Below, piece after piece: positions 13,119-23,700 of a stretch of DNA of 52,942 nucleotides (position 1 is the first letter of the stretch; each line of letters opens with the position of its first letter). The notes below the pieces were generated by a model. That model made no database searches. It saw nothing but the letters and a program-made list of their open reading frames with translations, and was not told where the DNA came from. This DNA comes from Catajapyx aquilonaris (Eukaryota): assembly GCA_000934665.2 (NCBI GenBank), contig JYFJ02002669.1, positions 1 through 52,942 on the forward strand, read 5' to 3'. The position numbers and the translations under genes are program-made.

Positions 13119-13774
13119 ATTTACAGAAGACAATAATAGTTATCGTTGTACTATATCCTGACACATCATCTTTCTTTATATCTAGCTGTTTTGTAACTAC
13201 AAGCTTCATTCTTAACGGGAATGATTTAATTAAAGTTTTCACTTACATTGCGATGTATACCAAGTGTAACTAATAAATTACGTCCAATCAACAAACACTC
13301 AACACTGATAATATATGCAGGTGGTATCTTCCTATGATGCAGGCGGTCTCAAGTGCGGTCACTTAGGGTATTACATGATATTTCGTAGGCTACATCATGA
13401 TTGTAAGCTACACAAAATTGCTTTCTCAAGATATGCAGCATATGGGGGTATAATAGTAGTGTGACGCTAGATTGTGATTGACTGAAGTCACCATAGGAAA
13501 TGGAGATAGTCCTCTTGTCGTTACATGTTGCTGGACATACCCCGACCCAATTCGGCCTTCCGCCAACTCAAGTATTCGGTAATAAGGAAGCACTTTTGTA
13601 TTGATAAGGTCTGATAGTCCGGGCGGCGCAGATACTGCTCCCCTCCCACCGGAAGTATACTCAGGCGGAACACCTGCTGTCCCAAGAATGAGGATAGGAA
13701 CCTATCCCCAAACTACCCTTGCATGAAATGAGACACAATGTATTGTTTTTCAACCAGAGCTCGACAAGCCAGAG

Positions 13775-15467
13775 TACGGTGCATTAACATTTTGACCCGG
13801 AAATTGATAATAACTAAGGTTCCTTTACAGGGTATGTTTATTGGGTCTTCCTGAAGCCAAAACGAAAGTTCCCCGAAATTCCGGAGGCGGGTTTGGCCGC
13901 CATCTTGGATTATGTAACGGCCATATTGGAAAATTACACGGTACCCTTTCCACACGTGTAGCGGGCGAACCAGTGAAGCTAGAGCGATGATTCCTTCTTT
14001 AACCAGTTCCTATTGAAACGCCCTTTAGAACTGGTGTCCTCGTAACAGTCATATGTGCTGCTTTTATTTTGCAAATGGTCAATGAAGTACTACGAGGTGT
14101 GTTTTTTTCCAGTGTGTGTTACGTTAAATGGTCTTTTACTCAACACTTAGGCGTTTTATGACGAAAAGTTTCCAATAAATATTTCAGAGCAGAGCCTTCT
14201 AAGTATGAAGCGTCTCTTAGGTTTTTCTTGTCCGAATAATACATTCGGTGCTATGGAGGCCCCAACCCGAGCCAGCGCGCGCGCTCGCTACGCTGCCTTC
14301 CTGGCCTATCCTGGACATTTTTTTTTTCACTCATTCACTCACAAGTACCTTCGCTTCAAAAAACAAACAAACAAACAAACAAATGGGGGAGTATTCACAA
14401 GACAGAAATGCATTCACATTTCGCAATTTTATTTATATGACGGTATACAGAGGGGTCAAAAACCAATAGAAATTTTGTGGAACATCGTTCTTACCTTAAA
14501 AAACAAATTGCTGGTCAGGCGTACGAACAGCTGGTTTCAGGTGCATTACCCTCCGATGCCGACGAATGTCACTGCTTAATTTGATGTAGCCACATAATTA
14601 TCTTAGCAATCTTTTTCTCACTTCCCCTCACTTGAAATATGATTGCGCTGGGACCTAAGTTAGTTGCGCCTGCGTCGCTGCGCTGGAGGTGGCCCTTCGC
14701 TGTCAACGTCCTGGGGAGTTTGGTCTGTCTGGTAGTCAGCGTCTACTGGCTCCAGAGCACCGTCCAAGTCTTCTTCCTCAATATCCACAACGTCTGTGTT
14801 GCTGCAGCCGTGTCCAGCGCAGTGACCACACATATGGGAGCATGGTAGCCCACTCCTCCGACATTCACATTTGCTCTCGCATCCAGACTTGCAATTGCAG
14901 GCAATGATGTGGAGGATTCGGTCTGGAGCGGCTTCCTGGAGTGTTGGAACAGGCCGTAGACGACCATTTTCCATTCGCCAGCCCCACTCGATTGGGTCAA
15001 GTTCCACCCCTCTCCACTGCTGGACTTGGTGGTACACGCGCAGGGAGTGCTGGCGAGCAGCTGCGGAAGTATCAATCAATCAATCAATCAATCAAGACCA
15101 TTTAACGTAACACACACTGGAAAAAAACACACCTCGTAGTACTTCATTGACTATTTGCAAAATAAGAGCAGCACATAATATGACTGTTACGAGGACATCA
15201 GTTCTAAAGGGCGTTTCAATAGGAACTGGTTAAAGAAGGAATCATCGCTCTAGCTTCACTGGTTCGCCCGCTACACGTGTGGAAAGGGTACCGTGTAATT
15301 TTCCAATATGGCCGTTACATAATCCAAGATGGCGGCCAAACCCGCCTCCGGAATTTCGGGGAACTTTCGTTTTGGCTTCAGGAAGACCCAATAAACATAC
15401 CCTGTAAAGGAACCTTAGTTATTATCAATTTCCGGGTTAGGCCGAAATTTCTCCTAAATGCACCGTA
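13775..15467 (-). mobile_element. Internally deleted Academ-like DNA transposon with ~340-bp TIRs
   Basis: 13795-14135 is the near-perfect reverse complement of 15094-15437; outer termini tacggtgcatt / aatgcaccgta; the interior holds the Cys-rich C-terminus of the transposase. Confidence 0.75.
14660..15070 (-). pseudogene. C-terminal XPG-associated/Cys-rich (CXC-like) end of an Academ-type protein
   Basis: TSAAARQHSLRVYHQVQQW...DPIEWGW...AAPDRILHIIACNCKSGCESKCECRRSGLPCSHMCGHC; the 5' part is lost at an (ATTG)n tract, 15071-15094. Confidence 0.75.
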
Positions 15468-15544
15468 CTGGTCTCCGAGGAGAGGTCCTTCCTCTTCGAC
15501 CTCTGCCGACTGACTGGATAATGCCCGAATTTTCGAACAGTTGT

Positions 15545-15760
15545 TCACGTACTTGTGCTCGGGTGGAAGGGTTTGCTAAAGGAGTAATAAGGTAACTGCG
15601 GCAAGGATACCCTCCGTCCCCCAAAAAGAAAACCATTGCGAACGTGTTGGAGTTCAAACATGGCCCGTGCAGATGATGCGTCAAATATGGTGACATCGTG
15701 GACTGACCCTGGCCATCGAGCAACAAGGTGCATGACGTACAGTGACGGATCACATATCAC
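15545..15760 (-). pseudogene. PIF/Harbinger (HARBI1-like, DDE_Tnp_4) transposase fragment
   Basis: ICDP...VARWPGSVHD in one frame and LGDGGYPCRSYLITPL in another (frameshifted). Confidence 0.85.
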
Positions 15761-15960
15761 AAGAATTTTCAGTAAAAGAAATCAGAATAATAGGGTATGG
15801 TGTCTGTAGGGAAATGTTTACCCATAGTTGCAAAGTGTTGGCTTTCTGTGCCCTTGAGTAACCTTTGCCAATCATCGCCATTTGCATCGGTCAATGTGGG
15901 AGATGTCTAAGTGCAGGGTCATTGAGTGACCGCGAGGACACTAAATTAAACTGAGTACTC

Positions 15961-16480
15961 CTGAAAGGTAAATAATACAACAATAGTCTTTGTAATAGTC
16001 GGGTCCTGAACTCCGGCCAAGCCGGTCAGCGCCTTCTGGAGGTCTTACCTCATCAGAGGTTGGCGACTGACTGACTCCTCGCCCTGGCTCAGGACACCTC
16101 TTTATATATAGTCCTGAGTTTGTTGATTAAATCCTGGGCATTACATGGCTCCTTTTTTTTTAAATTGAAGAGTGGGGTCTTAACGAAAGGCCGCCACTCA
16201 TTCTTACAATAAGAAACAACAATGAAACAACAATTGCACAACAACAACAACAACAATAATCTTTCCACAAATCCGGATTTGCAACACACAAAACCACATA
16301 CACACACACACACGAAAAAATGAAATGTCATTTCTGTAGTCTCACCAAGAGCAAGGGCTCCTTAATTCGTCCTCCAGGTGTATGGTGGTGATGTCCAGGT
16401 CCGCTGTGACTCTTCTTCCTCCTGAATGCCCTCAAGTTGGGTGATCTCCTGCATGACGTTGTCTTCGGTTCCATCTTCTA
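15961..16480 (-). mobile_element. 3' end of an LTR retrotransposon, copy 1 (accessory ORF end, PPT, partial LTR)
   Basis: On the minus strand: ...DLDITTIHLEDELRSPCSW*, a UTR, purine tract aaaaaaaaaggag, LTR start TGTAATGCCCAGG at 16145, then TATA. Homologous to 21466-22150. Confidence 0.75.
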
Positions 16481-16879
16481 GTTCAGAGCAACCAAGTAGA
16501 TCTTATGCCCAACAATGAAAGGGAAGGATCAATTATTGGCTTATGGAAATAATAGCACACCTTTATCAACGACGCATGTATCCTCCCCCTCTTCTGCTGT
16601 TGCCATGGGGCCTCTCTCTGCGGCACATCTTGCACTACTTTTCTCCACCCCAAGCACATCTGATACAAGAAATAATCAGTTTAAGAGTATGGCATAACCC
16701 AAGCAAGGCTGTAAAATCAGCTTGCAGAAATTATAATCATACCCCATGCCGTGCAGGTCCCCTTCTCATGTCCGCTGAGGTTCCAGAAGACCTGGTACGC
16801 AGGGACTCCTAGGACTTCCGCTGTGTAACTGGCCGGGGGTAAAACAAAATCTGGGCTCAGCACTTTTTTTTTAACACGT

Positions 16880-17400
16880 TTCGCAGAAAGCTGGCCCTGA
16901 TTTTGCACCCCTTCTGTGAATACCGTCTGCGGCCAACATCTTCTCCAACTTATGATTCTGCGCAACGGGCTGTAGAGAAAAATTAAAATTCCATGTAACT
17001 GTATCCTCATGGCAATTTTATAATAAAAAACTCATGCTGATCTTAAGGAGGCACACTTGTGTCTCACGGCAAACCTTCCTCAGCCGGAGATTCCAGAAGT
17101 GCCACAGTTCCCCTTGCAGGACTCGATGCCGTGTGTCCTTCACCCTTGGTGGTACCTCACACACGACAAGCCTGCATTGCCTTCCGAAGGCTCATTATTA
17201 AGGCCTGCAGCTTCAATAATTCTATTGCCCTCGTCTCCAGGAGCTTGATGGCTTTGGTGGCGATGTTGGATAAATAATTCCTTCCACCACTTAGCACCAC
17301 GACATCCAGCCCTCCTCTATGTGCTAAGTGGTGGACGAGACCTTCCATGGAGGCAAGGGTGCCCGGTGGGAAGCTTAAGGTGTTCCCCAGTGGGCACTAG
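16880..17400 (-). pseudogene. SGNH/GDSL esterase-like remnant (typical retroelement ORF1 accessory domain)
   Basis: SFPPGTL...DVVVLSGGRNYL (block III-like) and downstream MLAADGIH (block V DGxH); several stops and frameshifts. Confidence 0.5.
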
Positions 17401-17489
17401 CTGCTGTGGAAGGATATACTGTTCTAGGCTGGTCCCAATTAGACATCCCCGCAGTGGCCTGAAGGCAGAAAAAATTGCAATTATACGTA

Positions 17490-18429
17490 GGGAAGGTGGG
17501 GCAAAGCGGAACGGTTCAGGGATGTTTATTTTTTCCCCAATCAGATGAAAAACTTGATGGGATTTAATGTGCACAGCACAATGCCTTTATGTCTCATCTG
17601 TAATACCTGAAGTGATGAATTACAAAAGTCAATTACCGTAGGAGTTAGAACCTTATTTTTGAACCCTCACCAACCAGTTTCACTTTGCCCCACCTGCGGG
17701 GTAAAGTGGAACACGTAGTGGGGCAAAGCGGAACGACTCTGCTTTAATGAGATCAATCAGTCCTGGATGCCTGTATGCTACCATCGCACTCATGATCCAG
17801 GTCCTACGGGAATGTATAGTAATATTAAGGACTTTTTCCAATTATCTGCCACAATTAAACTTTATTTGACACAGAATTTTACGACCAGTGATTTTTGGGA
17901 CTTTTAGCCGCCTTTGATCTGAGACCCCTCATCTTACACTTTAGTCTACCGTTTGCATAAGTCTGTATGCAGCCTCATCATCTATTTCGGCATCAAACAA
18001 TGTGCATTCCTCGTGAACCATTTCTTGCATATACGGAACAAAGCGGAAAGCTTTCCACTTTGCCCGTTCCACTTTGCCCCATACCACGTGGTCTCGATTA
18101 ACATTACTTACATTTTAATAGTGCTGATCAAATCAAACTTTAAGAACTACCATGCTGTGAAGAGTGATCTTACATACCTCAAAAATAATTGATAGCTTTG
18201 ACAATGGCTTACGCCAACTTCAGGAGCTTATTCAGTGAAGGGTCGAATTTACATCCGTGACCGCTCAAAATGCAAAATAGCTGCCTGAGTCGCTGTAGTT
18301 TCAAAAAAGTGCTGCCATCAGGTAATTAATGTGCATCATTATGTGGATCATTAGATGTAGCAAGATCCAGGAGATGGCACACACCGCACGGAAATTTACG
18401 CCTGTGTTTCGCTTTGCCCCACCTTCCCC
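17490..18429. mobile_element. pogo/Tigger-like MITE, 940 bp, TA TSD
   Basis: TA|gggaaggtggggcaaagcggaac ... gtttcgctttgccccaccttcccc|TA; the TIR motif recurs internally at ~17680-17735 and ~18050-18082. Confidence 0.8.
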
Positions 18430-19329
18430 TACCTAGGCATGTTAAACTGGGAAATCGGTAAGGGCAAAGAGTAATAATTACACTGTGCTCCCAATTATCT
18501 GGGTGCGGATAATCCATGCATCGCATCGGCAAAAAAAAAAAAAAAACATAAGTTAAAATGTCCGAAAGAATGTCTGTCTTGCAAACAAAAAAATATGTAA
18601 GCCTTTTTCCAGCAGAAGAATTAAAATTATGTTTCAAGTTTTATAATTTTGATAAAACCTTATTTCAAGCAGCACACACTATATACAAGTAGTTCATTAA
18701 AAACCTGTGACTAGCTCATTTTAAAAACATATATATGACCATTTAACGATTCAGTGTTATCTGATTATTATCCAGGCACACATGTGCAGTCCTTAGGACA
18801 GATAATAATCAGGAGTATTGTACAGTATACAGTGTGTTGAGTAATTATGCCTTCACGTGTGACAGTAGCAGAGAAAAAAAAATAATTTGTGCTCATGCTA
18901 GTCATGCATACACCCACTTACTTCCTTGCCTCCACAGACTTGGCCAACATCGCCACATATGCTCCATTGCCACCTTCGCCTCCTTTGGTGCACCTGCAAT
19001 AAACAATAAAAATGTAACATGAAAGGATGAAATTAACAAACAACATCATATCACCACGACATTTCCCTATAAGGGGTAGTCAGCGATGACGGGCGCCGCA
19101 AGCTAACCCAAAATATGAACTATATATATATACCTAGGTATTTTAACATTTGTAAACTGAAATAAACCTGTAAACAACCCGTCCCGCCCCCACCCATCTC
19201 AGACGACAAACACTCAATATTAAATTTAAATATTACACTATGCAACGCGGTACTTGGAGAAATCAAGTCATCCTCCTCGCCACCAGCCACTACTCCGGAC
19301 ACCGTAGCCATGCCGACGTGTATGGCACG

Positions 19330-19511
19330 TGTATGGTGTAATGTTAAGGAGACTGTTAAAGATAAGGTGCGTAGGTCTACTCTAAGGTGGTTTGGCCATG
19401 TGGAGAGGATGAAGGAGGAGGAGATTGTGAAGAAGGTTTATTTGGGTGGAGTAGTTGGTAAGAGGGGCAAGGGTAGGCCTAGGAAGACATGGTTGGACCA
19501 GGTGGGTCAGT
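19330..19511 (+). pseudogene. RTE-clade LINE ORF C-terminal fragment
   Basis: LRWFGHVERMKEEEIVKKVY...GKRGKGRPRKTWLDQV. Confidence 0.85.
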
Positions 19512-21077
19512 GTCTCGAATGGAGTAGCGACATCAAGGATCATCAGAATATCAGCACCCTGGGAGATGACCAGGTCCGGCCGCAAGGGGGAACCAGGAAC
19601 CACAGTCTGGTTACAAGACATGATGGAGTGCTTGTAGCCAGCCGCCTTCTTCAAACGCTCCAAAATCGCATCGTGTCGTCGCCGGTAAGCTTCAGAGATG
19701 GGCATGCAGTGGCAAACCACGTGCGGCAGGGTTTCAATTGGGCCGCCACATCTCCTGCATTTTTTGTCAGCCGACTGATCAGTCCACGCCTGAGCACCGC
19801 GAAGGGGAACAATCCCTAGGCGGGCTCGATGAATGAACCGCCAGTCAGCGAATCGAGTGAATTTCCCTTCAGCAATGAAGTGGCAGGAGCTGGAGTCAAG
19901 AGCGACGCACTGCATCACCTTCCCTTGGCTAGGCAGGTCTTGCAGCCGCTGGATCTTCTGCTGCTGGGCCACTCTCCTCAAAGTTGCCACCACCTTCCTC
20001 CTCATCTTCGGTATGACCTTGGCCTCTCCCCGAGCCAAGGCAGGGAGCCCGTTCAAGAAGGACCACTTCACCTGGCTCCTCGTTGAAGCCACCCTCGCCG
20101 AGGTCCACATGCTGGACCTTCGGTTGGTGTCCAACCTGTACGGCCCGTCGTTTCTCCCCGACAGAAACTCCGCAACATCCAGATCGCTCTTCCCCTTACC
20201 AAGACGGCCACACACTGTTGTCATTAGGTTATCAAAAGCAGTGTGGGCCACCTCGTCGTCCGGGGAGGTTAGCAGTTTGAATGCGGAATCAATGATGAAG
20301 AGATCCGACTCCTCCGCAGCAACAGGGATCCCACACGCACCAGCCCGGCGCGAGCCATACAAGTACTCATTGGCGGCTCTGGTTGGGAGAAACAGGGTCT
20401 TCTTGATTAGTGGGCGTAACTCCCGGTCCAACTCGGCCCATGAAGTCTTCGGAAGCAGGCCCATGCGCATGGGGTATACCATAGCTAGATACACAAAAGT
20501 TCTTATTGCATCTAGCCTCTGCCACGGTGCCAGTTCAGAGGTAAGAATCTTCCGACCTATCAAGATAAATTCTTCTATCTTGGCGTACGGAGGGACAACC
20601 TGAAAGCCCACGGGCTTCCCCAAGAACTTTGTGGATTCCCCGTCCCTGAGGCATCTGACCTGATAACCTTCCAAAGTAAAGGCGGTCGGCCTGGTCCCAA
20701 CTGGGGTCCTGCCACACAGGTGGATAGTGGCAGTCTTGGCAGGGTTGACATAGATGGACACCCGGGCCGCCTCCTTCGCCACCGTCTCCATCAGGTCCTG
20801 AAGCTCCTGGGGTGAGTCTGCGATGATGGTAATATCGTCCACGAAGGCCAGGACCTTGTGGACACCGCTGTCAGTCCCTGGTTGAACTGCCCACAGAACG
20901 GGATCGATGGCAAGGTTAAAGAGCAAACAGGACAATGGGTCACCCTGTCTGATGCCATTCAAGACAGGAATCCCTTCTGTGAGCCCCTCTGCTGTCAGAA
21001 TCTTGGTGGAACCACCCCGGCACAAGTCCTCCACGATGGAAGCCACAACTTCTCCCGCTCCGGATGCCAGAAGGGCC
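19512..21077 (-). pseudogene. Utopia/NeSL-clade non-LTR element, minus copy, 3' part (RT, CCHC knuckle, RLE start)
   Basis: GIRQGDPLS, LAFVDD, LAPWQRLDA, ADWRFIHRARL, CRRCGGPIETLPHVVCHC, RHDAI, RPDLV..ILDVATPFE; truncated at the RTE fragment. Confidence 0.9.
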
Positions 21078-22827
21078 TGTAATGCCAGGTTTGGGTACAT
21101 GCACAGGTAAACTTAAGGTGACCAATGAGTGTCGTATTATTGGTATACCTTGCCCTGATTCGGGCTTCCGCTAACCTACTGGCTGGTTAGTGAGAGGGAA
21201 GCTCTTACTAGATTGTTGCCAGGTACAGGGTACAGTTCAAGACTGACAGGTTCAGATATCCGAGCGACGCAGTTGCCTGCTGGCCCTGATATGCTTCGCC
21301 TAGTCAGTGTATGTATGGGCGACGCAGATGCCAGCTGGCCCATCCATCACACGTGACTGGTCAGTCTTGAGTGGACGGATTCGTACATCTGGGCGACGCA
21401 GTTACCTGCTGGCCCTGATATGACGAATGCCTAGTCGGTTGTTGACTTGTCTCTAACTGAATGTTCTGAAAGGTAAATGAAACAACAATAGTCTTTGGTA
21501 TGACCGGGTCCTGAACTCGGCTAAGCAGGTCAGCGCCTTTCTGGAGGTGTTACCTCATCAGAGGCTGGCGACTGACTGAGCCCCGCAGGCTCAGGACACC
21601 TCCTTTTATAGTCCCAGTTTGTTGACAAGCATGCCAATAGAATTATACAAACAATTGAACAACATCAACAAACTAATAGAACAAATGAACAATACTTAAG
21701 CAAGACCTGACAACAACAACAAAACAATTGAATAACATTTAACAAGAACAACAAACATGAACGAAACAATTGAATAACACATCCTGGGCATTAAATTGCT
21801 AATTTTTTTTAAATTGAAGAGTGGGGGTCTAAATGATAGGCCGCCACTCCTTCTTACAACAACAACAATAATGGAATACAATAATTACATACAACAACAA
21901 CAACTTAATAACAATCTTCCCACAATTCTTTAGGGAATTATATACACAAAAAAAACAATTTCTCACAAATTTTTACACAAATCCGGATTTGCACACATAA
22001 AACAATACATACACACAAAAAAAATGAAATGTCACTTCTGCATTCTCACCACGACGAAGGGCTCCCCAACTCGTCATCCAGGTGCAGGTCGACAATGTCT
22101 AGGTCCTGAGACTCGTCCTCCTGGACGACTTCCAGTTCAGTGTCCTCCTCTACGTTGATGTATGGGTCCTGGAACTCCTCCTCCTGGACAACTTCCTCCT
22201 TGGCTCCCTCTGGATTGCCGCTGGCCGGCAGCAACTTCCCCAGCACCAGGGTGTCCATGGGCTGGTTCACCCACTGCAGGTCCATCCATGGTCTATTGCC
22301 GATTATTTGATTGATGATGATTGACTTATTCATTGACGAAATTGGGCCACACATTTGTGTGACATGGTCGTATAGCCACGGGCCTTCCCTGTGTCGGACT
22401 TTACGGGATAACCTGTATTTGGTGTCCACGGGGTGGGACAACACCTGAATGAGGCCAGGCCACTCCTTTTCCTCTTCTAAGGGGAAAGCCTCCCTGAGCT
22501 CTGGATTAAGAGCCAATTCTTGGTTGTGGGACATTGGTGTCGGTGTGAGTGGTAGATAGTATGGAGATGCATTTGAACATGGTGACACCACCTGAAGTGT
22601 TTTAATTGGGGTCTGTCGTAAGACTCGGTAAAAAAAAAATATGGAGGGAATAGAAAGGTTCTCACCTCAGGAGACATGAGAGAACTTATGCCATTATTCT
22701 CTGTAATCCTGGGAGGTGTAGCTGGTAGAGGGCTTAGCATAGCTGGAGGATGGTATGGTCTGTACGACTTGCCGCCCCTGGGATGTAGTTTCTTCCCCAT
22801 CTTTCTTCTCCGAAGTCAGGCAAATGG
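21078..22827 (-). mobile_element. 3' end of an LTR retrotransposon, copy 2, inserted in the Utopia RT; LTR 21078-21795
   Basis: LTR bounded by T(T)TAATGCCCAGG ... CCTGGCATTACA, TATA ctataaaagg near 21605. About 90 aa of Utopia RT are missing at the junction. Confidence 0.8.
22046..22800 (-). CDS. Predicted spliced 226-aa accessory ORF of the LTR element (exons 22800-22666 and 22591-22046)
   Basis: GAG|gtgaga...cacttcag|GTG, a 74-nt phase-0 intron, joins MGKKLHPRGG...MSPE in frame to VVSPCS...LHLDDELGSPSSW*; the C-terminus is conserved in copy 1. Confidence 0.55.
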
Positions 22828-23390
22828 TTGAGCGTGAGATAGAAATGGGCCGCCAGTTAGCAGGATCGTCGACACTGCCCTTCTTGTGAATAAGGATGGT
22901 GGTCGAACTACCCCAAGCTTCCGGGATACGCCGGTGACTCAGGCACATATTGAACAGTGTCGAAAGGAGCACCGCGTCAGGGTCAAGTCTTTTCCAATGA
23001 TGGTAGGACAGCCGATCTTCCCCGGGAGCTGAGTTTCCGCACCGGCGCAGTTTAGCACAAACCTCTTGAGAAGTAAATGGTGACATGGGCATCTCAGGGC
23101 GATCCCGACGCCACGGGTAAAACGAAGGATCCCACGGTCTCTCCTCGTACGCCCGCCTAAAGTAATCGTGCAACAGGTCAGAGCCAATGGCGCATCTGGT
23201 GCCTTCGCCTTGAAGAATTAACCGGGTGGCCCGTCTCCTGTTACGCCGGTATAGGGATTGGATACTCTTAGGATCCTCCACATCTATGGCCCATCTTCTT
23301 CCAGTTTGTCCCTCTGGTCGCGGAGGGTTGGTGCCCGATGGTGCTGATGTTGCTGCCATGACGTCCTCCTTCATGTACTCTGAAGTACAC
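22828..23390 (-). pseudogene. Utopia/NeSL minus copy, 5' part (pre-RT and RT domains 0-1)
   Basis: IDVEDPKSIQSLYRRNRRRA...NSAPGEDRLSY..WK...IPEAWGSSTTILIHKKG...NWRPISI. The 23390 boundary is approximate. Confidence 0.85.
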
Positions 23391-23700
23391 AGGCCTGGCG
23401 GTGGAGGTGTCAATGGTGTGTGCGATGATGCTGGTGGTGCTGGCTCTCTAGATGAAGCTCGTACTGCGGTACTGTACGACGCCCCCTCACCGGCTGGCTT
23501 CGCCCTCTTCGGCTCTCTGCCTGAGCTTGACAGCCATGTTGATCCTATCCAGATCGCGATAGCGGATGACCAGGAATCAGTAGATGATTCCAGTGAATTC
23601 ACTGAAGATGTGGACCCGCCACCAACTATGCTTACCACGACTGAGGAACCGCCTTTCCCGGGGGAAGAGCTTTTGACCCCAGAGGGACGTACCCCCATCC

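Noticed and set aside
19382..21100. 572-aa ORF as an intact gene
   Set aside because: Chimeric: the start comes from the LTR, the end from antisense RTE sequence, and the RT N-terminal half is missing.
21520..21575. Hammerhead ribozyme in the LTR (minus strand CTGATGAG...GAAA)
   Set aside because: Stem II does not close with C before GAAA, and copy 1 has only GAAG; better explained as a simple hairpin over a splice donor.
21796..21858. Alternative LTR start at TGTAAGAA (21858)
   Set aside because: No purine tract precedes it. TGTAATGCCCAGG follows a PPT in copy 1 and mirrors the LTR's other end.
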